Assembly: GCA_963677495.2 (NCBI GenBank)
Contig: CAXXOU010000001.1
Location: 256,001-320,000, forward strand
Length of the DNA stretch: 64,000 nucleotides
Source of the DNA: Candidatus Cloacimonadales bacterium
Lineage (GTDB): Bacteria > Cloacimonadota > Cloacimonadia > Cloacimonadales > JAFGVF01
Direction of reading: 5' to 3'
In this document: positions 9,039-20,800 of the stretch, piece after piece
How the letters are laid out: every line of letters starts with the position of its first letter
Numbering within the stretch: position 1 is the stretch's first letter
Notes under the pieces: model-generated
Seen by the model: the letters and a program-made list of their open reading frames with translations, nothing else
Told to the model about the DNA's origin: nothing
Databases searched by the model: none
Made by a program: the position numbers and the translations under genes

Positions 9039-11240
9039 CTATGGTTGATCACTAACCACAATCTTATAAAACATTCGATTTGCACTAGTCTGTCCGACAA
9101 TCTCACTCGTGTTTTGAGTAGTCATCAAGTATGTTTGCTCATTACAATCAAACTCTGGAGAATCAGATGCATAGATCTTATACCAGATACCATTGATCTC
9201 ATCATAGGTATTATTCTCGAAAGTACCAGTTGTTACTTCACTCCAGGCAAGCTGAAGATTGTTCCCTGACCGGTTCAAAGTAAACTGAGCAGGCAGATCA
9301 GGTGCAATATTATCAACTGAGTGACCAGATACAATATTTGATTGCCAGTAACCACTCATTCTGTGATGAATAACCTTGAAAGCTACATCATGTGTACCTG
9401 TTGAACTTGAATCTCTCAAAGTCGGTGCATTATAGATATACACATCGTTCATTAAAGCCGGAACAGCTGCTAAATAAGCCCAGTATTGACCATCAATCCT
9501 CCAGTAAACAGGCTCATTAGTTCTCTCTGCTTCACTAATAACCAGTTCAGGATTAGTATGAGATTGGAAATTGTTGTTTCTTGTCGATTCATCAAGACGC
9601 CAGACACTGTAAAAAGCATCAAACTCATATTGATTGTCTTCTAGACCACTACCCCACATTACTTGAACTAAGCGACCTTGATCGTAAGGGACATCATCGA
9701 CATGGATAATATTCGGTTTGGATTGGTTGTAGAAAGCATAACCAATATCAGCAATAGTCCCATCAAGATCATACATAGTTGGATCAGCAGCATCAATAAG
9801 AGGGGATTTTGTCGCATCCTCTATTGGGAAATTAGCCCAAGTTGGCAGATAATCTTCTCCGAAGAGGGGATCAGCATCAATACAGTTGTCTATGCTAATA
9901 ACTCCACCTTCACCTGCTCCCGGTAAATTTCCCAAGCCTTCAATAACGCTATTCAAAAGAGATGCGTCTAAGTGAGAATTAGAATAAAGCTCATAGAAAG
10001 CATCCTCACTGTTATATACAACGCTATTACTAAAAGTGAAACCTAACGGTGTGCTTGAAAATCCATATAATAAAAAATCTCTGCCATGATCATCACTATT
10101 ATTAGCAATAGTGACATAATCCATATCTAAATTGCAGTTACCATACATGTATGCAACTGCTGCATTCCAGGCATCATTACCCCAAAAAAGAGTATGGCTA
10201 ATATCAAGATCTGTATTATAAGCATAAATTGCTCCACCAGAGGTATAAGATGTATTATTTGTGAAGATACAGTCTTGTATTATTGCTCCTGAAACATAGA
10301 AGTATAAAGCTCCACCATTGTTACTGGCATAATTGTCATCAAAAACACAGTTCGTAAAGGTTACATCATTTGCTTCATAGGCATAAACAGCACCACCCAT
10401 CTCATTTGAGCCCATGTACATGCTTCCTGCTGAAAGATCATCGAAAAAACAATGATTAAAGACAACAGGATTATCATCTGTTCTTAATTCAATTCTACCT
10501 GTAGATCCGTAGTCTGGTGATCTACCAAATATAATTTGATTTTCTTCAGTTCCATTACAAATTAATGAGCCATTCACAATAAACTTTGCAGGCAGATCAA
10601 ACAGAACTGAGGCACCCTCTTCAATCGTGAGTGTTTCTCCATCAGGTACAACATGATCAATGTCTTCAATAATATGAGTTGAATTCGCACCCCAAGTTCC
10701 ATAGACTTCTTTATTATCTGCAGTAAGAACTACATCATCAAAATAGAGTCCATTTATATAGTTAGTATTACCATTAAAGAATAGTGCGATTCTTGTTGTC
10801 TCATACTGTAGATCACTATCTTGGATTACAAGGGAGTGATTTGAAGCCGCAATATCAGTAGAGGAAATCATCGTCCAAAGTGGACTCCAATTGACTCCAT
10901 CAGTTGATACAGCTATACCGAAGTTTACTTGAGCTTCAAAGTACATATCTAAAGAGAACTTGAAGCTAATTTCGAAATCAGCATAATGCGACAAATCCAT
11001 TTCAGGACTCATGAAGTACTGTGCTCCTTCAACTGCCGGTTGCCAATGTAGTTTTAGTTCGGGTGCTGTACCACCAGCATTATCTGTATTACTAAACTCC
11101 CAATTATGGTCTGAAATCGGACAATAACCGGACCAATCATTAGGCAATGCTGCCCCAGAGAAATCCTCATCAATTAATACTAGAGCTGATAAAACTACAA
11201 TTGAAAACAGACATAATAAAAGCATTAAAGCTTTTTTCAT
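9039..11240 (-). CDS. Secreted protein with right-handed beta-helix (GGA-rich) region and shared C-terminal domain
   Basis: Signal peptide ending VLSA; repeated FxxN...GGA(I/L/V)Y motifs; SPLIDAADP...ADIG motif. Confidence 0.8.
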   Translation of the reverse strand: MKKALMLLLCLFSIVVLSALVLIDEDFSGAALPNDWSGYCPISDHNWEFSNTDNAGGTAPELKLHWQPAVEGAQYFMSPEMDLSHYADFEISFKFSLDMYFEAQVNFGIAVSTDGVNWSPLWTMISSTDIAASNHSLVIQDSDLQYETTRIALFFNGNTNYINGLYFDDVVLTADNKEVYGTWGANSTHIIEDIDHVVPDGETLTIEEGASVLFDLPAKFIVNGSLICNGTEENQIIFGRSPDYGSTGRIELRTDDNPVVFNHCFFDDLSAGSMYMGSNEMGGAVYAYEANDVTFTNCVFDDNYASNNGGALYFYVSGAIIQDCIFTNNTSYTSGGAIYAYNTDLDISHTLFWGNDAWNAAVAYMYGNCNLDMDYVTIANNSDDHGRDFLLYGFSSTPLGFTFSNSVVYNSEDAFYELYSNSHLDASLLNSVIEGLGNLPGAGEGGVISIDNCIDADPLFGEDYLPTWANFPIEDATKSPLIDAADPTMYDLDGTIADIGYAFYNQSKPNIIHVDDVPYDQGRLVQVMWGSGLEDNQYEFDAFYSVWRLDESTRNNNFQSHTNPELVISEAERTNEPVYWRIDGQYWAYLAAVPALMNDVYIYNAPTLRDSSSTGTHDVAFKVIHHRMSGYWQSNIVSGHSVDNIAPDLPAQFTLNRSGNNLQLAWSEVTTGTFENNTYDEINGIWYKIYASDSPEFDCNEQTYLMTTQNTSEIVGQTSANRMFYKIVVSDQP

Positions 11241-11386
11241 TTCTTCCTCCTATATATAATACCTCTCCAATACATCGAACCAATGGAACAATACTTAGCC
11301 CTATCTAATTATATGTCAATGAATATTATCAGCAACAAATTGTTAAGACAAAGAAACATGCTTATCTGATTCCAGTGTCATTCCTT

Positions 11387-11469
11387 ACCACGGGTTGACC
11401 ACGCCCAAACCACGGGTTAACCACGGCTCTCGTGGTTTGGGCGTGGTTTACCCGTGGTTGTAGCGTGGT
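11387..11469. repeat. 11-bp-phased inverted array B (core ACCACG/CGTGGT)
   Basis: Exact ACCACG at 11387, 11398, 11409, 11420; exact CGTGGT at 11431, 11442, 11453, 11464. Confidence 0.95.
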
Positions 11470-11545
11470 AAAATACTTCGGATTTGACTCACAACGATTG
11501 TGTGGGGCAAGGATGAAAACTAGGGAATTGCGATTTTGGTTTTCA

Positions 11546-11590
11546 ATTAAAGAAGTCCGTTCTTCTTTCAGTCGGACAAACTCCTTTAAT
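11546..11590. repeat. Dispersed hairpin repeat, family H copy 1
   Basis: ATTAAAG-AAGTCCGTTCT...GTCGGACAAACTC-CTTTAAT; related to 28224-28276, 28404-28458, 30639-30694. Confidence 0.7.
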
Positions 11591-11655
11591 TGTTAAATGT
11601 TTTTGAAGCAGGACAAGACGTACCTACGCAGTTGGTGCACTCCATAAAAGGTAGA

Positions 11656-12399
11656 TTACTTATACTTTTTCAAATCGATCAAAGAAGATTTTATAACCGG
11701 ATCTTTAAATGCAATACTGTGTTGCTTCCAATCCGGCATAAATAACTCGATATATTGATAAAACTCTTTACTGTGGTTATGATGTTTGAAATGTGCGAGT
11801 TCGTGGATAATTATATATTCTATGCTCTTTAGAGGATAATGTAGGAGATATAGGGATAAAGTAATCTTATTTTTGAAAGGATAGCATGTCCCCCACTTTG
11901 ATTTATAGTCCTTAACTTGAACATATAAACCTTCAGGAACTAAATCAGGTATTCTCCTCTTAACATCTTTGTAAACATCAAAGATGTAGTGCTGATGTTC
12001 TTTAACAATATATTTCCATAAAACAATGTCACGATAAGCATCTAACATGGGATGATTTAAGTTGTTTACAGTAACTATAACTTTATTGTCTATGAGCTGT
12101 GCTTTATCAACATCCCCTTCTCTGATTTCGATTTCGTATCTCTTTCCTATTATCCAAATATATTTACCATGCTGTTTAGCAAGCCTTTTATCCCTATCAA
12201 TTCGACCTTCAATACCATCAAGCATCTTGCGGATTTTTGCATCATTTTGCTTAAGCACTTGTTGCACAAATTCGAGTGTCGATTTGTGGGGAATGCTTAT
12301 TCGAATCTCCCCTGACTTTTGGATTCTTAGATTGAGATTCTTAACCTTCTTACGAGTGATAGTAATAGGATAATCTTTATTATTATGTGTGAACTTCAT
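11656..12399 (-). CDS. YgjP/DUF45-like zinc metallo-hydrolase (M48-annotated family)
   Basis: KSKWGTC, YIIIHELAHFKHHNHSKEFY...PDWK. Confidence 0.9.
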   Translation of the reverse strand: MKFTHNNKDYPITITRKKVKNLNLRIQKSGEIRISIPHKSTLEFVQQVLKQNDAKIRKMLDGIEGRIDRDKRLAKQHGKYIWIIGKRYEIEIREGDVDKAQLIDNKVIVTVNNLNHPMLDAYRDIVLWKYIVKEHQHYIFDVYKDVKRRIPDLVPEGLYVQVKDYKSKWGTCYPFKNKITLSLYLLHYPLKSIEYIIIHELAHFKHHNHSKEFYQYIELFMPDWKQHSIAFKDPVIKSSLIDLKKYK

Positions 12400-12403
12400 A
12401 GTT

Positions 12404-12435
12404 AAAAAAATAAGCCGAACAACTGTCCGGCTTAT
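12404..12435 (-). terminator. Intrinsic terminator after rpsG
   Basis: ATAAGCCG...CGGCTTAT stem followed by a T-tract on the minus strand. Confidence 0.8.
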
Positions 12436-12452
12436 GTGAATATATTAGTGAT

Positions 12453-12923
12453 TTACCATCTAAGATGAGCAAATGCTTTGTTAGCATCAGCCATTTTATG
12501 AGTATCTTCACGTTTTTTGATAGTATTACCTTCTTTCTTGTAGCATGAGATAAGCTCAGCTGCAAGTTTTTGGTCCATTGACTTTTCAGAGCGGTTACGA
12601 GAGTAGCTGATAATCCAACGGAAAGCAATCGCTCTACCGTCTTTTTCAGAAACTTCCATAGGGATCTGATAGTTAGAACCACCAACACGACGAGAAACAA
12701 CTTTAACAAGAGGTCTAGCATTAGCAAGAGCTTGTTTGAACACTTCTAATGGATCTTCGCCTGTTTTTTCTCTAATAATATCTAAAGCACCATAAACGAT
12801 AGCTTCAGCTGTAGATTTTTTACCACTATACATAATACCGTTGATAAATTTAGAAAGAATTACATCATGATACTTAGGATCAGGGAGAATCTCTCTTTCC
12901 ATCGCTTTACGTCTTCTTGACAT
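12453..12923 (-). CDS. rpsG: 30S ribosomal protein S7
   Basis: PDPKY, GKKSTAE, SRRVGGSNYQIP, HKMADANKAFAH. Confidence 0.98.
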   Translation of the reverse strand: MSRRRKAMEREILPDPKYHDVILSKFINGIMYSGKKSTAEAIVYGALDIIREKTGEDPLEVFKQALANARPLVKVVSRRVGGSNYQIPMEVSEKDGRAIAFRWIISYSRNRSEKSMDQKLAAELISCYKKEGNTIKKREDTHKMADANKAFAHLRW

Positions 12924-12937
12924 CTAAATCTCCTTCC

Positions 12938-13312
12938 TTATTTCTTTGGACGCTTCGCACCATATTTGGAGCGAGAGTTCATTCTCTTGTCAACACCGGC
13001 ACAGTCAAGGGCGCCCCTAACAATGTGGTATCTAACACCCGGAAGGTCTTTTACACGACCACCACGAACGAGAACCATTGAATGCTCTTGTAAGTTATGG
13101 CCTTCACCAGGGATGTAAGCGGTTACTTCTATTCCATTCGACAAGCGAACACGGGCAACTTTTCTTAAAGCTGAGTTAGGTTTTTTAGGCGTAGTTGTAT
13201 AAACCCTAGTACATACACCACGTCTTTGAGGGCACTGCATAAGAGCTCTATTTTTCTTTTTCTTTATAACTCTTTTTCTGCCTTTTCTGACTAACTGATT
13301 AATTGTAGGCAC
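12938..13312 (-). CDS. rpsL: 30S ribosomal protein S12 (GTG start)
   Basis: [34 protein letters not shown]. Confidence 0.99.
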   Translation of the reverse strand: MPTINQLVRKGRKRVIKKKKNRALMQCPQRRGVCTRVYTTTPKKPNSALRKVARVRLSNGIEVTAYIPGEGHNLQEHSMVLVRGGRVKDLPGVRYHIVRGALDCAGVDKRMNSRSKYGAKRPKK

Positions 13313-13322
13313 ATTTACTCCT

Positions 13323-16300
13323 TTATATAGTATCTAATAAATCATCGAGGGATTCCTCGTCCTCGACTTTGGTAAGTTCTTCTACCATTTGGCGAAGATT
13401 CATACCTTCTTCTACACCGGCTTTAATCTTACCGGTATAGTGCTTAGAACCGGTTCCCACAGGTATTCTATGACCAAGAATAATACTTTCTTTGAGTCCT
13501 TCAAGCTTATCCATTCTGCCTTCAATCGCAGCTTGGGAAAGCACCTTCGTTGTTTCTTGGAACGAAGCAGCAGATAGCCAACTATCTGTCAACAAAGAAG
13601 TTTTGGTTATACCTAAGAGGAGTGGTTCGAACGTGGCACCTTCGCCACCTCTTGTTTCAACTTCAGCATTTTCTTTCATTACAGCAGTCTTCTCTACAAC
13701 CTCACCTTCGAGGAAAAGAGTTTTGTTTGGATTAATGATTTTAACTTTCTTGAACATCTGGCGAATAATAACACCGATATGTTTATCATCAATCTTCACA
13801 CCCTGTTTTCTGTAGATTTCCTGAATCTCATTAAGGATAAGCGTTTGAGCAGCTTTAATACCCTTAACTCTAAGAACATCATGTGGATCAAGTGGTCCAT
13901 CAGAAAGAGCATCTCCACTCTCAACAATGTCACCTTGGTGAACAACGATACGTTTACCTGAAGGGATAACATACTTACGTCCAACAAGTGGCTGACCATC
14001 TTTAACTACATCATCATTACTATAGATTGATTCCTGGAAAGGCGGGATGTCAAACACATGACCTGATAAAGGTAATTTAGTGCTAACACTCTCACCATCT
14101 GTAACGATTATTTGCTGATCTACAGGAATATGATACTTATATTCCCTACCGGATTTAACAACTATATAGACATCCTGACCTTCTTCAGTCTTGTCACCGA
14201 AACGGATTTTACCATTTCTTTTTGAGATAATTGCATCATCCGGAACAACGAAAATCTTACGATTTCCATCTTCATCTACATTTCCGAGAATAACTTTACC
14301 ATCGATTGGCGAGAAAACACTACTGTTTGGAGTCACGAAAATATCACGACCTGTTTTCTTCAATCCACCAATTGTAATCTTACCATTAATCTCAGAAATA
14401 ACTGCTTTCTCTTTTGGCACACGTGCTTCAAAGAGATCCTGTACACGTGGTAGACCACCGGTAATATCGCGCTGTTTAACAGTAACACGAGATGTTTCAC
14501 CAAGCTTATGACCCTGGTAAATATAAGTACCATCTTCCACTTTAACGTTCAATCCGGTTGGAAGCGGAACAAGTGCTTCTGTACCATCTTCATCAACGAT
14601 TCTGAACTGTGGCTGAATCTTTCTATCTTTAGATTCAATGATAGTAATCTCTCTAAGTCCTGTTAGCTCATTAAACTCCTCTTTATATGTGAAGTCTTTA
14701 ACGAAGTTATCGTAATGGAGGATACCCTTAGCTGTACTAATAAGAGGATTATTATATGGATCCCAACTAAAGAGTTTAGTATCCTTTGCAATCTTCTGAT
14801 TGTCCTCTACATAAACTGTAGAAGCATATTCAACTTTATACTCTTCAAGAACATTTTCCGGATCATTTTCATCGATAAGCTGTATCTTACCAAGATGACT
14901 CACAGATATATGTTCACCTTCTTTGGTAGTTACTACGTTCATTCTATCAAACTTAGTAATACCATCGAAACCGGAACTAACTTCAGCTGTATCAATTTGA
15001 GTACTTGAAGCACCACCGATATGGAAGGTTCTAAGAGTAAGCTGAGTACCGGGTTCACCAATACTTTGAGCAGCGATAACACCAACCGGTTCACCGATTG
15101 TAACAGATTTTTGGGTTGCAAGGTTTCTGCCATAGCACTTAGCACAAACGCCTTTTTCACATTCGCAGGTTAATACAGATCGTACTTTCACAGAGATGAT
15201 ACCATGCTTTTCGATAATATGAGCCATATCATGGTCAATTTCTTGACCTGCAATAGCAATAATCTCATCAGTAACAGGATCATAAATGTCTTCAGCCGCG
15301 GTACGACCTTCGATCTTTTCAGCTAATGATTGGACAACTTCCTGCCCCTCTTTCAAAGCTACAATTTCAATACCATCGATTGTTCCACAATCTTCACTTG
15401 TGATAATTGAGTTCTGAGCAACGTCAACAAGACGTCTTGTCAGATAACCTGCATCGGCAGTTTTAAGAGCTGTATCCGCCAGACCTTTTCTAGCTCCGTG
15501 AGTGGAGATGAAATACTCAAGAACAGAGAGACCTTCTTTAAAGTTAGATTTAATTGGAGTTTCAATAACACCAATATCATCACTAGTACTTTTAGTAGGT
15601 TTATCCATCAGACCACGCATAGCACCAAGCTGCTTAATCTGGTCACGGCTTCCTCTTGCACCGGACTTATACATCATATAGATTGAGTTAAGTCCGTTTC
15701 TATCTTTTTCCAGGTCAGTCATAAGTTTTTCGGTAACTTCTTCAGTAGCTGATTTCCATTTATCAACTACACGCTGCATTCTCTCTTTCTCTGTAATAAT
15801 ACCTGAAAGATAGAGTTCCTGAATGCTCTTAACTTCAGCTTCTTTCTCAGAAAGAATCTCTCTCTTTGAATCTGGAACAACAATGTCTCCAAAACTGAAA
15901 GTCACACCGGCTCTTGTAGCATACTTGAAACCGGTTTCTTTTAAGCGATCTAGGAATTCGGCTGTTTCATACTGTCCAACAGAATGGAAACAAACCATAG
16001 CAAGCTCGTTAAGTCTACCTTTATTCAATACTTCATTCATGAATGGAACTTCATCAGGAAGGATAGTATTGAAGATAACTTTACCAACCGTAGTAATTAT
16101 ATATTTACCTTCTACTTTATATCTAATCCAAGTATGAAGATCAATGGTTCTTTCCATTGAAGCTTCACCTTTAACACTGCAAAACATCTCATCGTTATCA
16201 TACGCTGTTAAAACTTCATCAGCATCCTGGAATACAGGAAGTTTTGCATCTTCAGCTGGTTTTTCTCCTTCTTCTAATGTGAGGTAGTAAGAACCAAGAA

Positions 16301-17810
16301 CGATATCCTGGTTTGCCGCCATCGCAAGTTTACCATTTGATGGTAAGAGAAGGTTACGAGCAGATAACATGAGAACACGTGCTTCCATTCTAGCTTCCTC
16401 AGAAAGAGGAACATAGACAGCCATCTGGTCACCATCGAAGTCAGCATTATAAGGAATACAAACCATAGGGTGAAGCTGGATAGCTTTGTTCTCGGTAAGA
16501 ACAGGCATGAAGGCCTGGATACCAAGTCTATGAAGAGTAGGTGCACGGTTAAGAAGAACAGGATAATCCTGAACAACTTCTTCAAGAATCTTCCATATCT
16601 CAGGCTGATTCTTTTCAATCATCTTCTTAGCTGTTTTAGCTTTCTCAGCAGCACCAATCTTCTCAAGTCTTTCAATGATGAAAGGTTTGAACAGCTCTTT
16701 TGCCATCTCTTTTGGTAAACCACACTGGTAGATCTTAAGTTCTGGTCCAACAGTAATAACTGAACGACCGGAATAGTCCACACGTTTACCAAGAAGGTTT
16801 TGACGGAAACGTCCCTGCTTACCTTTAAGCTGGTCAGTGAGAGACTTAAGAGCTCTTGAACCTCTACCTTTAACAGGACGAGATTTCTTTGAGTTGTCTA
16901 TAAGTGCATCAACTGCTTCCTGAAGCATACGCTTTTCATTTCTAAGAATAACTTCTGGTGCTCTTATTTCTAAGAGCTGCTTAAGACGATTGTTTCTCGT
17001 AATAACACGTCTATATAGATCGTTAAAGTCAGCAGTAGCGAAACGACCACCATCTAGTGGAACTAATGGTCTAAGAGTTGGAGGCATGATAGGAAGAACT
17101 TCCAATACCATCCACTCAGGGTTGTTTCCTGAATTTCTGAAAGCTTCAACAATCTTAAGTTTTTTAATAAGTTTTTGTTTCTTAAGTGGTGATGTTTCCA
17201 TCAGGATAAGAGTTTTTAGGTTTTGGGACTCTTTCTCAAGATCAATTTCAGAAAGCATATGTCTAATAGCTTCACCACCGATCATAGCAACGAAAGTTTC
17301 TCCTAACTGATCTCTTTTTTCATAGTATTCATCTGTATCAACCAACTCATACTTTTCATAAGGAGAATCACCAGGTTCAATAACAACATATGATTCATAG
17401 TAAAGGATTCTTTCGAGTGTCTTTGTAGTGAGATCAAGTAATGTACCAATCTTACTAGGCGCACTGGAAACGAACCATATATGTGCTACAGGAACTGCTA
17501 ATTCAATATGACCCATTCTTGTTCTACGAACACGTGATGAAGTTACTTCTACACCACAACGGTCACATACTGTACCAGCAAATCTTTTTTTCTTATATTT
17601 ACCACATGAGCATTCAAAGTCTCTTTCAGGTCCGAAAATCCTTTCGCAGAAGAGACCATCTTTCTCTGGTTTTAATGTTCTATAATTAAGTGTGTCGGAT
17701 TTTGAGACTTCACCATATGACCATGAACGAATTGATTCCGGAGAAGCAATTTTAATTCTTACTGCATCGTAATTCTCAATCTTCTTTTCTCTTTTTATTT
17801 CTCTAATCAC
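13323..17810 (-). CDS. rpoC: RNA polymerase beta' subunit (GTG start)
   Basis: [47 protein letters not shown]. Confidence 0.99.
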   Translation of the reverse strand: MIREIKREKKIENYDAVRIKIASPESIRSWSYGEVSKSDTLNYRTLKPEKDGLFCERIFGPERDFECSCGKYKKKRFAGTVCDRCGVEVTSSRVRRTRMGHIELAVPVAHIWFVSSAPSKIGTLLDLTTKTLERILYYESYVVIEPGDSPYEKYELVDTDEYYEKRDQLGETFVAMIGGEAIRHMLSEIDLEKESQNLKTLILMETSPLKKQKLIKKLKIVEAFRNSGNNPEWMVLEVLPIMPPTLRPLVPLDGGRFATADFNDLYRRVITRNNRLKQLLEIRAPEVILRNEKRMLQEAVDALIDNSKKSRPVKGRGSRALKSLTDQLKGKQGRFRQNLLGKRVDYSGRSVITVGPELKIYQCGLPKEMAKELFKPFIIERLEKIGAAEKAKTAKKMIEKNQPEIWKILEEVVQDYPVLLNRAPTLHRLGIQAFMPVLTENKAIQLHPMVCIPYNADFDGDQMAVYVPLSEEARMEARVLMLSARNLLLPSNGKLAMAANQDIVLGSYYLTLEEGEKPAEDAKLPVFQDADEVLTAYDNDEMFCSVKGEASMERTIDLHTWIRYKVEGKYIITTVGKVIFNTILPDEVPFMNEVLNKGRLNELAMVCFHSVGQYETAEFLDRLKETGFKYATRAGVTFSFGDIVVPDSKREILSEKEAEVKSIQELYLSGIITEKERMQRVVDKWKSATEEVTEKLMTDLEKDRNGLNSIYMMYKSGARGSRDQIKQLGAMRGLMDKPTKSTSDDIGVIETPIKSNFKEGLSVLEYFISTHGARKGLADTALKTADAGYLTRRLVDVAQNSIITSEDCGTIDGIEIVALKEGQEVVQSLAEKIEGRTAAEDIYDPVTDEIIAIAGQEIDHDMAHIIEKHGIISVKVRSVLTCECEKGVCAKCYGRNLATQKSVTIGEPVGVIAAQSIGEPGTQLTLRTFHIGGASSTQIDTAEVSSGFDGITKFDRMNVVTTKEGEHISVSHLGKIQLIDENDPENVLEEYKVEYASTVYVEDNQKIAKDTKLFSWDPYNNPLISTAKGILHYDNFVKDFTYKEEFNELTGLREITIIESKDRKIQPQFRIVDEDGTEALVPLPTGLNVKVEDGTYIYQGHKLGETSRVTVKQRDITGGLPRVQDLFEARVPKEKAVISEINGKITIGGLKKTGRDIFVTPNSSVFSPIDGKVILGNVDEDGNRKIFVVPDDAIISKRNGKIRFGDKTEEGQDVYIVVKSGREYKYHIPVDQQIIVTDGESVSTKLPLSGHVFDIPPFQESIYSNDDVVKDGQPLVGRKYVIPSGKRIVVHQGDIVESGDALSDGPLDPHDVLRVKGIKAAQTLILNEIQEIYRKQGVKIDDKHIGVIIRQMFKKVKIINPNKTLFLEGEVVEKTAVMKENAEVETRGGEGATFEPLLLGITKTSLLTDSWLSAASFQETTKVLSQAAIEGRMDKLEGLKESIILGHRIPVGTGSKHYTGKIKAGVEEGMNLRQMVEELTKVEDEESLDDLLDTI

Positions 17811-17822
17811 TATTGCCTCCGA

Positions 17823-20800
17823 CTAACGATGGTCTTCTTTGATAAATTCAATATCAAAACCAAGTGACTGTAATTCACTTATTAACACGTTGAATGATTC
17901 AGGTACTCCAGGTGGTGGTGGATTCTTACCACTTGTGATAGCCTTAAATGCATTAGTTCTTCCATCTACATCGTCAGATTTGATTGTTAACATCTCTTCA
18001 AGTAAATGAGCAGCACCATAAGCTTCAAGAGCCCAAACTTCCATCTCACCAAGACGCTGACCACCATGTTGAGCTTTACCACCCAATGGTTGCTGTGTAA
18101 TAAGTGAGTAAGGTCCGGTTGATCTTGCATGCATCTTATCTGCTACAAGATGGTTAAGTTTCATCATATAGATAACACCTACAGTTACTCTTTCTTTGAA
18201 AGGTTCACCGGTTTTACCATCATAAAGAACTTGCTTACCATCAACTGGAAGTTTGGCATCTTTAAGTTCTTTACTGATGTCTTCCCATGTTGCACCATCA
18301 AAGATAGGAGTTTCAACTTCGAACCCTAAAGTTCTTGCTGCCATACCTAAATGAGTTTCCATGATCTGACCAATATTCATACGAGAAGGCACACCAAGTG
18401 GATTCAGTACGATATCTACCGGAGTTCCATCTTCCATGAATGGCATATCAGCAACAGGAGCAACGATAGAGATAACACCTTTGTTACCATGTCTACCGGC
18501 CATTTTGTCACCAACTTGGATTTTACGTTTCTTAGCGATATAAACTTTAACCATTTTGCGAACACCATATGGAAGTTCGTCACCATGTTTTAAGCGATCA
18601 CGCTCTTTCTTATATATGTTATCACTTTCATCTTTAGCATTCTTCACAGCAAGAATCACGTTTTGATAGATAGTAAGATTCTTCTCAGGATCTTCTACTA
18701 ACTCAAGATCTGTATTCAAACGTTTGAAATCAATACGCTTGATATCGTCTTTTGTAATCTTCTTATCTGGTGCGATGAAAGGTATTTTTGTCTTCTCATG
18801 TATAATGTTCTTTGAAACTTCACCAACAAGGTACTCGCTCAGACGTGCTTCTTTGTATTCAGCAATACGTTTACGTCTTAGTAACTGGTCAGCTTTAAGT
18901 CTTTTGATGGTTGATTTATTATCTTCCTCAAGATCATTATATTCTTCTGAACGGGAGAATACTTTAACATCAATAACATACCCTTCCATTCCTGGTTTAG
19001 CTTTTAATGAGCTGTTGGTAAAATCACCTGCTCTATCACCAAACAGTGCACGCATAAGATTCTCTTCCGGAGAAGGATCAATCTCTACGCTCTTAGGTGT
19101 AATCTTACCAACAATGATATCGCCGGCTTTAACCTGTGAACCAACTCTAATAATACCTGTTTTATCAAGATTTCTAAGCGACTGAACAGGAACGTTAGGG
19201 ATATCATAAGCAAGCTGTTCCTTACCGTTCTTAACGTTACGAACAAGAACTTCAAGCTCTTCAATATATATAGAAGTGAGAGAGTCACGTCTAGCAACAT
19301 TCTCACTAAGAATAATAGCATCCTCATAGTTGTATCCATACCAAGGCATGAATGCAACAAGCATGTTAGTTCCTAATGCTAAACGCTCATCTTCGATACA
19401 AGCACCATCTGTAAGTTGTTGACCCTCAACAACCTTTTGACCAACCTTAACGATTGGACGTTGGTTAATGCAAGTATCTTGATTAGAACGAAGGAACTTT
19501 TTGAGTCTGATACGTCTTAAATCATTAAATGACAGATAATTTGCTGATTTCTTGTCAGGCTCTATTTCTATGTATTCAGATGTTACACTAACAATAGTAC
19601 CGTCATAAGGAGCAAGAAGAACAGTACCAGAATTCTTAGCAACAATTCTCTCCATAGAAGTACCTACAACAGGTGCTTCCGGATTTAATAATGGTACAGC
19701 CTGGCGTTGCATGTTAGATCCCATGAGAGCACGGTTAGCATCATCATGATCAAGGAAAGGTACAAGTGCAGCTGAAACTGAAACCATCTGTTGTGGTGAA
19801 ACATCCATATATTGTACATCTGTTGGAGGTACTAATACGAACTCACCTTTTGTTCTAGCATAAATTACTTCATCAGTAATCTCATGCTTCTCATTCATTG
19901 TAACGTTTATCTGAGCTATAAGATAATTATCTTCTTGTGCTGGGTCTAAGAATTCTACTTCACCAGTTACTTTACCATTCTCTACTTTATAGTATGGAGT
20001 TTCTAAGAAACCTAAACTATTGATTCGTGAGAATATTGATGGTGAAGATAGCAAACCAATATTTGCACCTTCAGGTGTTTCAATTGGGCAAACACGTCCA
20101 TAATGTGAATAGTGAACGTCACGAACCTCAAAACCGGCTCTTTCTCTTGTCAGACCACCAGGTCCGAGAGCTGAGAATCTTCTCTTATGCGTTAATGCCG
20201 CAAGTGGATTAGCCTGTTCCATATACTGGGATAACTGACCGGTAAGGAAGAATGTGTTAATAACACTAATTAAAGCATTACTATTTACTAAATCATGAAC
20301 AGTTACTTCATCATTATTAGCAATAGCCATTCTCTCTCGAGCAATTCTAGCAACCATGTTCAGACCCATATTATACTGTTCCTGAAGTAATTCACCAATA
20401 GTTCTGATTCTTCTGTTTGATAAATGGTCAATATCATCAACTACATCTGAGTCATTATAAATATTGATAAGAGTGTTGAAAATACTCTTGAAATCATCAA
20501 CAGTGAGAGAATGGTTGTCTAATGGAGTATCCAGCTGTAAACGACTATTCATTTTATAACGACCTACAGCACCCAAGTTATATTTCTTCACATTGAAGAA
20601 CATCTGTTTGATAAATTCAGCAGCAACTTCTGCAGCAGGTTCTTCGCCCGGGCGAATTAGGTTATAAATTTTCTTAGCAGCTTCATCCTGTGTTGTTGTA
20701 GGATCTTTATCGATGGTAGATTCTAAAACTTTCTTAAGAATTTCATTAGGATTCTTAATAATAGTTATCTCTTTAAGTCCACCCTGAGCTAACTCTTTAA

